A stretch of DNA of 25,251 nt, taken from NCBI GenBank assembly GCA_044353065.1, contig JBILCQ010000001.1:1-25251 (forward strand), given 5' to 3'. Source of the DNA: Flavobacteriales bacterium (GTDB taxonomy: Bacteria; Bacteroidota; Bacteroidia; Flavobacteriales_D; Sanyastnellaceae). Below, in pieces: positions 7,088 through 14,277 of this stretch. The notes beneath the pieces are model-generated. The model worked only from the letters and a program-made list of their open reading frames with translations, did no database searches and was not told where the DNA came from. Both the position numbers and the translations under genes were made by a program. The first letter of the stretch is position 1; each line of letters begins with the position of its first letter.

Positions 7088-8362
7088 ATGAATTTTCAAT
7101 TCGATCACGGCTTTGCACAATCGCTCGATAAGGCCGACAAACTATCGTCCTACCGCGAGCGATATTTCTTTCCGCAACATCACGGAAAAAATATGCTGTA
7201 CTTCACGGGTAATTCCCTTGGATTGCAGCCCAAGGGCGTGAAGGAAGCGTTTGCTGCAGAGTGTGACGATTGGGCCACATTCGGTGTAGAAGGACATTTT
7301 CTCGCGCGCAAACCTTGGTATAGCTATCATGAGCGATTTGCTGCAGGCGCTGCGAAATTGGTGGGTGCCAAGGAGAATGAAGTTGTGATGATGAACCAGC
7401 TTACGGTGAATCTGAATTTGCTGCTCGTGTCGTTTTACAAGCCCGAAGGAAAGCGCCGTAAAATTTTATTTGAAGCCAAACCTTTTCCTTCCGATCAGTA
7501 TGCATTTGCTTCTCAGGCGCGCCTCCACGGATTGGATCCTGAAGAAGTATTGGTGGAGCTCCTGCCGCGCGAGGGCGAATTGACCTTGCGTAAGGAAGAT
7601 ATTGTGAACACTATTCGCGAGCTCGGAGATGAGCTTGCCCTAGTCTGTTTTGGAGGCGTCAATTATTTTACGGGGCAGCTTTTCGACATGAAGGAAATAA
7701 CGGCTGTTGCGCATGAAGTAGGAGCCCTATGTGGTTTCGATTTGGCGCATGCGGCTGGCAATGTGCCCCTTTCATTGCACGAATGGAATGTTGATTTCGC
7801 GTGTTGGTGTACCTACAAGTATCTCAATAGTGGACCGGGCAGTGTCGGTGGTGTGTATGTGCACGAGCGTCATGCAACGAATCGTGACTTGTTCCGCCTT
7901 GCCGGCTGGTGGGGACACAATAAGGAAACCCGCTTTCAAATGGGTCCCGATTTCGATCCGATTCCAACGGCCGAGTCGTGGTCGATGAGCAATGCGCCTG
8001 TCTTTAACATGATAGCTCACGACGTTTCAATCTCGATTTTTTCGGAGGTTGGAATGACAGCTCTGCGCGAAAAGTCGTTGCTTCTGACCGCGTATCTCGA
8101 TTTTGTTTTGAATGAAGTGATGGGTAGCACCGGACAAAAGTTAACGCGCATTACTCCCGAAGACCCTGCGCAGCGTGGTTGCCAGCTATCGGTCATAGTG
8201 GAAGGACACGACCGAAAACTAGTAGGCACACTCTACGAGCAAGGTGTGGTGGTTGATTGGCGTGAGCCCAACGTAATACGATTGGCTCCTGTGCCGCTGT
8301 ATAATTCGTTCGAAGACGTGTATCAACTCGGCAAGTTGCTCGAGCAGATTTTCACGCGTTGA
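7088..8362 (+). CDS. kynU: Kynureninase, 424 aa
   Basis: YFTGNSLGLQP, VMNQLTVNL, FPSDQY, FDLAHAAGN, PLP lysine in WCTYKYLNSGPG, GWWGH, RGCQLS, APVPLYN. The track start at 6833 overlaps hemL and is rejected. Confidence 0.95.
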   Translation: MNFQFDHGFAQSLDKADKLSSYRERYFFPQHHGKNMLYFTGNSLGLQPKGVKEAFAAECDDWATFGVEGHFLARKPWYSYHERFAAGAAKLVGAKENEVVMMNQLTVNLNLLLVSFYKPEGKRRKILFEAKPFPSDQYAFASQARLHGLDPEEVLVELLPREGELTLRKEDIVNTIRELGDELALVCFGGVNYFTGQLFDMKEITAVAHEVGALCGFDLAHAAGNVPLSLHEWNVDFACWCTYKYLNSGPGSVGGVYVHERHATNRDLFRLAGWWGHNKETRFQMGPDFDPIPTAESWSMSNAPVFNMIAHDVSISIFSEVGMTALREKSLLLTAYLDFVLNEVMGSTGQKLTRITPEDPAQRGCQLSVIVEGHDRKLVGTLYEQGVVVDWREPNVIRLAPVPLYNSFEDVYQLGKLLEQIFTR

Positions 8363-9601
8363 TTAAAGTCCGAGCAATACTTCTTCAGCACTCTTGCCAC
8401 CAAATAGCATACGCTCCGGATTCTCGAGCATGTCTTTTACTTTCACCAGGAAGCTCACACTTTCGCGTCCGTCGATGATGCGGTGATCGTAGGAAAGTGC
8501 AACATACATGATGGGGCGAATAACTATCTGGCCATTTTCAGCAACCGGGCGCTCCACGATGTTGTGCATGCCGAGGATGGCGCTTTGCGGAGGATTGATA
8601 ATGGGTGTTGAAAGCATAGAGCCGAATACACCTCCATTGGTAATGGTAAAAGTGCCACCCTGCATTTCATCGACAGTGATTTTTCCGTCGCGAACTTTTT
8701 TAGCAAGATCACCAATGCCGCGTTCGATGTCGGCCAGGCCCATCATCTCTGCGTTGCGCACAATCGGAACCATCAAGCCTTTTGGTGATGATACTGCGAT
8801 GCCGATGTCGGTATAATCATGATAAACGATTTCACCATTTTCAATACGTGCATTCACCGCAGGAAATGCGAAGAGGGCTTCGGCGCACGCTTTCGTGAAG
8901 AACGACATGAAGCCAAGTCCTACACCATGCTTCTCTTTGAATACGTCTTTGTATTTGGCGCGTAAGTCCATGATGGGCTTCATGTTCACCTCGTTGAAGG
9001 TGGTGAGCATGGCCGTATTGTTTTTAACGCTCACCAAACGCTCTGATATTTTCTTGCGCAGGTTGGTCATTTTTTCGCGACGCTCGGTGCGAGCTCCGCT
9101 ATGACGGGCAACGCTGGTGGTATCGAAACCAGCTGCCATGGCTGCCAGTACATCGCCTTTGGTGATGCGACCTCCGGGTCCTGAGCCCGCAACTTGCGAA
9201 GCCGTGACACCTTGCTCAGCCATCAGTTTTGCAGCTGCCGGTGATGGAGTGCCTGCAGCATACGAAGCAGCAGGTGCTTTCTCCGCTGCCTTGGGAGCAG
9301 GTGCTGCTGCTTTAGGTTCTTCTTTTTTCACAGGAGCCGCAGGAGCACCGGCGGGTTTTGCGGCGGAAGTATCGATCGTGCATGCCACTCCGCCTACTGC
9401 AACCGTGTCGCCTGCCTGAGCCATTATCTTAATCGTTCCACTCGCTTCGGCAGCCAACTCGAGAGTCGCTTTATCGCTGTCGATTTCGGCCATTACCTGG
9501 CCGTTCTCTACGTAATCTCCATCCTTCACCAACCAATTGGCGATGATTACTTCGCTGATGCTCTCGCCCGGAGAGGGAACTTTTACTTCAATTTTAGACA
9601 T
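8363..9601 (-). CDS. sucB: 2-oxoglutarate dehydrogenase E2 (dihydrolipoyllysine succinyltransferase), 412 aa
   Basis: N-terminal lipoyl domain ([11 protein letters not shown]), Ala/Pro linker, E3-binding domain ([13 protein letters not shown]), [10 protein letters not shown], catalytic DHRIIDG; start at ATG 9601 (MSKIEVKVP). Confidence 0.97.
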   Translation of the reverse strand: MSKIEVKVPSPGESISEVIIANWLVKDGDYVENGQVMAEIDSDKATLELAAEASGTIKIMAQAGDTVAVGGVACTIDTSAAKPAGAPAAPVKKEEPKAAAPAPKAAEKAPAASYAAGTPSPAAAKLMAEQGVTASQVAGSGPGGRITKGDVLAAMAAGFDTTSVARHSGARTERREKMTNLRKKISERLVSVKNNTAMLTTFNEVNMKPIMDLRAKYKDVFKEKHGVGLGFMSFFTKACAEALFAFPAVNARIENGEIVYHDYTDIGIAVSSPKGLMVPIVRNAEMMGLADIERGIGDLAKKVRDGKITVDEMQGGTFTITNGGVFGSMLSTPIINPPQSAILGMHNIVERPVAENGQIVIRPIMYVALSYDHRIIDGRESVSFLVKVKDMLENPERMLFGGKSAEEVLLGL

Positions 9602-9761
9602 GTCGAATAAGTTTTTGGCCTTGATACCGGAAATTCGAAAAGACCAGTGCAAATCTGCATTAGAATTCATGAAATTACACCACGACTGATTGGTTTTTTC
9701 AGTGTGATTTTCACAAGGATGCTTGTCGGCGAGTGAAGACATCATCAGTCTTGTTTGTCCT

Positions 9762-9769
9762 TATTTTCG
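9762..9769 (+). promoter_or_regulatory. -7 element variant (TATTTTCG) upstream of the glycosyltransferase
   Basis: TAnnTTCG ending 9 nt before ATG 9779. Confidence 0.45.
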
Positions 9770-9778
9770 GCCTGTCGC

Positions 9779-11008
9779 ATGAAGTACCTCGTAGTTCTTA
9801 CCAAGCAATTCCCCTTTCAATGGCGTGAGCAGTATGTTGCCCATGAGCTTGGAGCATTGGCTACTCAATTCGAAAAGGTCTTCATTTATCCGCACGATCA
9901 CTATCAGAAAAATGACGTGGTTCGCTTTGAACTTACCTCTGGAGTGGAGCTCATTGACTTGAATACTGAGTTTGTTCCTGCATCGCGTTTCAAGCTGATC
10001 CTTCCTTTTCTGCTCACGTTCATCCGCGAGTTTATATGTTCGAAACGCAAGTGGCACCAGTTGAAGTCGTGGCGAAGATTCTATTCCATTTATGCAACGC
10101 AGTGGGCGCTGGGTCAAATGCTGATGGAATGGCAGCAAAAGCGAGGAATATCATCAAGCGAAGTAGTTTATTACTCGTATTGGATGAGCGCATCTGCCCT
10201 GTGTTTGTCAATTCTGAAACAGCGCGGGCTAATTGATGGGTTTATAACGCGTGCTCATTCTGTCGACTTGTATCACGAAGACTGGGGCCTGCTCCGCGAT
10301 GAGCATTCCGTTCCTCCGTTTCGTTGTTTCAAGGAAAGAAACGCCTCAATGATTTACCCAATATCAGAGCACGGTTTGAGTCATCTCAAAGATCGGGGAG
10401 TGGATTCTTCGAAATTGAAGACTGCCTATTTGGGCGTGGAAGATTTGGGGTTGGGCCCTGTGCCTACCCATGATGTTTTCAGTATTGTTACTTGCTCGGG
10501 CATTGACGACAACAAACGCATTCACCTGTTGGGCGAGGCCTTATCGCGATTGAATAAACCCGTGCGTTGGATTCACTTTGGCGACGGACCGCTGCGCGAA
10601 CAGGCATTGAAATCGGTGACATCTGCAAATGTTTCATTTGAATGTCGCGGGCAAACATCCAATGCAGAAGTTAGAAAGTTCTATGCGGATGAAGCGGTGC
10701 ACTGTTTCGTCAATCTAAGCATTGTAGAGGGACTTCCGGTTTCTATTATGGAAGCCATTTCGCATGGCATACCGATTATCGCAACGGCTGTATATGGTGT
10801 TCCGGAAATTGTAATCGACGGATACAACGGCATCACCCTACCTGTTCAATTCACGGAAGCGGAGTTGGATGGCGCACTGTTGCAGCTCATGAACAACCGT
10901 GATTCCAATGAAATGCGCAGGAATGCTCGCTTACTTTTCGAAGAGCGATTCAATGCAGATGTGAACTATACGGCTTTTGCAAACGCAATCGCAGCTATCA
11001 AGCTTTGA
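9779..11008 (+). CDS. Glycosyltransferase family 4 (GT-B fold), 409 aa
   Basis: RAHSVDLY, WIHFGDGP, E-x7-E motif EGLPVSIMEA, PIIATAVYGVPEIV. Confidence 0.9.
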   Translation: MKYLVVLTKQFPFQWREQYVAHELGALATQFEKVFIYPHDHYQKNDVVRFELTSGVELIDLNTEFVPASRFKLILPFLLTFIREFICSKRKWHQLKSWRRFYSIYATQWALGQMLMEWQQKRGISSSEVVYYSYWMSASALCLSILKQRGLIDGFITRAHSVDLYHEDWGLLRDEHSVPPFRCFKERNASMIYPISEHGLSHLKDRGVDSSKLKTAYLGVEDLGLGPVPTHDVFSIVTCSGIDDNKRIHLLGEALSRLNKPVRWIHFGDGPLREQALKSVTSANVSFECRGQTSNAEVRKFYADEAVHCFVNLSIVEGLPVSIMEAISHGIPIIATAVYGVPEIVIDGYNGITLPVQFTEAELDGALLQLMNNRDSNEMRRNARLLFEERFNADVNYTAFANAIAAIKL

Positions 11009-13748
11009 CCGCTGAAAAGCTGAACAAGCGATCAAACATCGCGGTCATTCGCTTTTCATGAACTTTCGGCGAACCTGCAGCAGGCGAAGCCGATGCCGGA
11101 GGAGCAATAACTTCCAGATTCAGATCGCGCAATGAACGCAACATGTAGGTCCAAGCTCCCATGTTTTCAGGTTCTTCTTGTGCCCAAATGACTCGTTTCG
11201 CTTTGCTATATTCTCCGATGATTTTACGAAGCTGTTGTTCGGGTAATGGGTACAGCTGTTCCAGACGAACAACCGCCATATCGCCTCCTGTTTGGCGCTT
11301 TTCTTTTTGTTCTAAAATATCGTAATAAACCTTGCCCGAACAGAGCACCACTGTATTCACCTCTTTCGCTTTTACGGAAGTATCGTTGATGATTTCCTGG
11401 AAATTGCCTTTCGCCATTTCCTGTAGTGATGATACTGCTTTCGGGTAGCGCAGCAATTTCTTAGGCGTCATTACAACGAGCGGTTTGCGGTATGAAGCGC
11501 GAACCTGCCTGCGAATCAAATGGAAATGGTTGGCAGGCGTTGTCGGGTTGCAAACAATCATGTTGAGCTCTGCGCACAATTGCAGGAAACGCTCGAGGCG
11601 TGCCGAGCTGTGTTCGCTTCCCTGGCCTTCATAACCATGCGGGAGGAAGAGTGTGATTCCGTTCATCGTGCGCCATTTGTCTTCGGCTGCAGAAATGAAC
11701 TGGTCGATCATGATTTGCGCTCCGTTATTGAAGTCACCAAACTGAGCTTCCCAAATGGTAAGTCCGTGAGGTGTTCCGAAGGCATACCCATAATCGAAGC
11801 CCAGCACACCATATTCACTCAACAGCGAATTGTAGACAGTGAACTTCGCTTGCTTAGGGCTAATGGTGTTAAGCGTGATAATTTCTTTCTCCTGGTCTTC
11901 ATCTGTTTTCACAACTGCATGTCGATGCGAGAAAGTGCCGCGCTCCACATCTTGTCCGCTCACACGCACCGGATGGCCTTCTTCGAGCAGCGTGCCATAC
12001 GCGAGCAATTCGCCCATCGCCCAATCGAGCTTGTTTTCTTCGATCATTTTCAAACGATCGGCAAACACCTTGGCTGTCTTGGCAATATACTTTTCACCGG
12101 AAGGCAATGTGCTAATCGAGGTCGCAATGGACTTCAGTTTCTTTTCATCAAATTGCGTTTTAACCGGATTAGACATGTCGTCTTCTGTGGCCTTGGTAAA
12201 ACCCTTCCAGGTTTCTTCCATGAAGTGCTTCACGTGAGCCATCTTCATGCTCTTGGCAATTTCGAGTTTTGTATCGAGCATCGCCTCAAAGCCCGACTTC
12301 AAGCTATCTGCATATGCTTGGTCAATCGTTCCTTCAGCAATCAGTTGATTCATGTAAATCTCACGCAACGAAGGATGCGATGCAATGAGTTTATAGAGTG
12401 ACGGCTGCGTAAACTTCGGCTCATCGCCTTCGTTGTGACCGTATTTGCGGTATCCAAGCAAGTCGATGAAAACGTCCATGTGAAACTTCATGCGATACTC
12501 CAGCGCAATCTTCATGGTTTCAATAACAGCTTCTACGTCGTCGGCATTTACGTGAAATACCGGACACAAGGTTGTCTTTGCTACGTCGGTGCAATAGGTG
12601 GAAGAACGTGCATCGAGGTAGTTGGTGGTAAAGCCAACTTGGTTGTTGGTCACGATGTGAACGGTACCGCCGGTGCGATAACCGTCGAGCAACGCCATTT
12701 GCACCACTTCATAGACGATGCCCTGGCCTGCAATGGCAGCGTCGCCATGAACGAGCACAGGAACAATTTTATCTTCACTTTGAAGGTAGTGATCAATCTT
12801 AGCGCGCGAAAGACCTTCTACAACCGGATTCACCGCTTCGAGGTGAGAAGGGTTGGGGCAAAGGGTTAAATGCACCTGATTGCCTCCTGCGGTGGTAACA
12901 TCATTGGAATAGCCGTAGTGATATTTTACGTCACCATCAAAGTTGTCGGAGTCTTCAAACTCGAGTCCTTCGAACTCGGCAAACACTTGCTCTTGCGGTT
13001 TGCCCATGATGTTCGTGAGAACATTGAGTCGGCCGCGGTGCGCCATTCCAATGACAAATTCTTTCACGCCCATATCGCCGCCCAAGCGAACGAGGTAATC
13101 CATGGCAGGCACCATGGCTTCGCAACCTTCAACACTGAAGCGCTTGGCTCCGACGAATTTGCGGTGTATGTATTGTTCAAACAGAGATGCTTTGCTCGCC
13201 ATCTCCAGAAATTGCTTTTTCTCGTCAGAAGTAAATGCGGGCTTTTTCACGGCCTCGATGCGCTCGCGCAGCCATTGGATGCGCTCAGGATTTCGCACAT
13301 ACATGTATTCGATACCAATGTGCTTGCAGTAACTGTTGTTGAGATGTGCAAGAATGTCGCGCAGTTTAGCCGGGCCAAGACCAACCTCATTTCCCGCTTG
13401 AAAAACAGTGTCGAGGTCTTGATCGCTTAATCCGAAATTCTCTAAAGCCAAAGTCGGTTGGTGCTTGCGGCGCTCCCGAACGGGATTGGTTTCCGTGAAC
13501 AAATGCCCGCGTTGACGATATCCGTTGATGAGGTTGATGACCTTGAACTCTTTGATAACCTCTGAGCTGACGGCACCACTGAGACCTTCGCCATTAGGCA
13601 GCGGGGCAAACTCCGCACGCTGAAATTCGAATCCTTCGAAGAACCGCTGCCACGAGCTGTCTACCGATTGGGGGTTGCTTTTGTATTGCTGATAGAGCGA
13701 CTCGATCGCATTGATATCGCTGTTGGCGAGGTATGAATGTGAATCCAT
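10998..13748 (-). CDS. sucA: 2-oxoglutarate dehydrogenase E1 component, 916 aa
   Basis: YRQRGH, KRFSVEG, GMAHRGRLN, GDVKYH, NPSHLE, ThDP-binding HGDAA...NNQ, YRKYGHNEGD, WEAQFGDF, GPEH-equivalent GQGSEHSSAR, QEEPENMG; start at ATG 13748. Confidence 0.97.
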   Translation of the reverse strand: MDSHSYLANSDINAIESLYQQYKSNPQSVDSSWQRFFEGFEFQRAEFAPLPNGEGLSGAVSSEVIKEFKVINLINGYRQRGHLFTETNPVRERRKHQPTLALENFGLSDQDLDTVFQAGNEVGLGPAKLRDILAHLNNSYCKHIGIEYMYVRNPERIQWLRERIEAVKKPAFTSDEKKQFLEMASKASLFEQYIHRKFVGAKRFSVEGCEAMVPAMDYLVRLGGDMGVKEFVIGMAHRGRLNVLTNIMGKPQEQVFAEFEGLEFEDSDNFDGDVKYHYGYSNDVTTAGGNQVHLTLCPNPSHLEAVNPVVEGLSRAKIDHYLQSEDKIVPVLVHGDAAIAGQGIVYEVVQMALLDGYRTGGTVHIVTNNQVGFTTNYLDARSSTYCTDVAKTTLCPVFHVNADDVEAVIETMKIALEYRMKFHMDVFIDLLGYRKYGHNEGDEPKFTQPSLYKLIASHPSLREIYMNQLIAEGTIDQAYADSLKSGFEAMLDTKLEIAKSMKMAHVKHFMEETWKGFTKATEDDMSNPVKTQFDEKKLKSIATSISTLPSGEKYIAKTAKVFADRLKMIEENKLDWAMGELLAYGTLLEEGHPVRVSGQDVERGTFSHRHAVVKTDEDQEKEIITLNTISPKQAKFTVYNSLLSEYGVLGFDYGYAFGTPHGLTIWEAQFGDFNNGAQIMIDQFISAAEDKWRTMNGITLFLPHGYEGQGSEHSSARLERFLQLCAELNMIVCNPTTPANHFHLIRRQVRASYRKPLVVMTPKKLLRYPKAVSSLQEMAKGNFQEIINDTSVKAKEVNTVVLCSGKVYYDILEQKEKRQTGGDMAVVRLEQLYPLPEQQLRKIIGEYSKAKRVIWAQEEPENMGAWTYMLRSLRDLNLEVIAPPASASPAAGSPKVHEKRMTAMFDRLFSFSAVKA

Positions 13749-13774
13749 TCTGACTTTGAAATTGAATTGGCTCG

Positions 13775-13782
13775 CGAAGTTA
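13775..13782 (-). promoter_or_regulatory. -7 element variant (TAACTTCG) upstream of sucA
   Basis: The + strand CGAAGTTA reads TAnnTTCG on the minus strand, 26 nt before the sucA ATG. Confidence 0.45.
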
Positions 13783-13836
13783 ACGCTCCACATTCAATAA
13801 ACTACCTTTTTTGGAATTGGTTTACCGCGCGGGATA

Positions 13837-14199
13837 TCAACTATCCTGACTAAATTGCATGCGCAGCCACACTTTTTTTGCCTCTCGCTCCAGTATCTGA
13901 CCAGCCAGCGTTGGTACTCGCTCATCTGCTGGTGTGGCGGCCATCAAGCTGCGTATTTTCCCTTCAGGAATGTCGATTCGATAAAGCACTTGGCCTAAGG
14001 AGTTGCCGTGTGTTTGGATCAGCTGCGATACGGCATGGTGTAATTGACTCACTAAGCTTTGAGGATTCGGTTCCGTTGCCATTTCCCCCCATTCTGCCGG
14101 ATAAAGGTCTTTCGCTAGTTGGGCTTCCAACTTTCGAAGAAATTCAGTTTGACCGGTTTCAGTCAATTGGTGGAGATAGGGTATGACCTCATTTTTCAT
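13837..14199 (-). CDS. Small helical hypothetical protein, 120 aa
   Basis: Fills the gap between sucA and the TBDR; plausible helical composition (QLAKD...LYRIDIPE...ILEREAKKVWLR). ATG 14199 preferred over GTG 14205. Confidence 0.7.
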   Translation of the reverse strand: MKNEVIPYLHQLTETGQTEFLRKLEAQLAKDLYPAEWGEMATEPNPQSLVSQLHHAVSQLIQTHGNSLGQVLYRIDIPEGKIRSLMAATPADERVPTLAGQILEREAKKVWLRMQFSQDS

Positions 14200-14204
14200 A
14201 ATCA

Positions 14205-14212
14205 CGAATGTA
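14205..14212 (-). promoter_or_regulatory. -7 element variant (TACATTCG) for the small hypothetical gene
   Basis: The + strand CGAATGTA, 5 nt upstream of ATG 14199 on the minus strand. Confidence 0.4.
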
Positions 14213-14251
14213 AGCTTATAGGGTGGTTACCGGTTGAATTGTACTCTTCCT

Positions 14252-14259
14252 TACTTTCG
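14252..14259 (+). promoter_or_regulatory. -7 element variant (TACTTTCG) upstream of the TonB-dependent receptor
   Basis: TAnnTTCG ending 18 nt before ATG 14278. Confidence 0.45.
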
Positions 14260-14277
14260 CGTTCTCATTTTTTCGAT

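Noticed and set aside
102-8362. Functional link between MbnP kynurenine formation and the nearby kynureninase (and hemL supplying heme)
   Set aside because: KynU acts on the free amino acid, is 4 kb away, and is in a separate transcription unit. Nothing in the sequence links them, so the proximity is probably coincidence.
8508-9419. Several + strand ORFs antisense to sucB
   Set aside because: Complement of the Ala/Pro-rich linker and catalytic domain; not protein-like.
9602-11010. Mobile-element origin of the inserted glycosyltransferase
   Set aside because: No transposase, terminal inverted repeats or target-site duplication visible by eye.
11520-13430. Long + strand ORFs (up to 293 aa) antisense to sucA
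   Set aside because: They lie fully within a conserved gene on the other strand and show no recognisable motifs, typical of shadow ORFs from codon bias.
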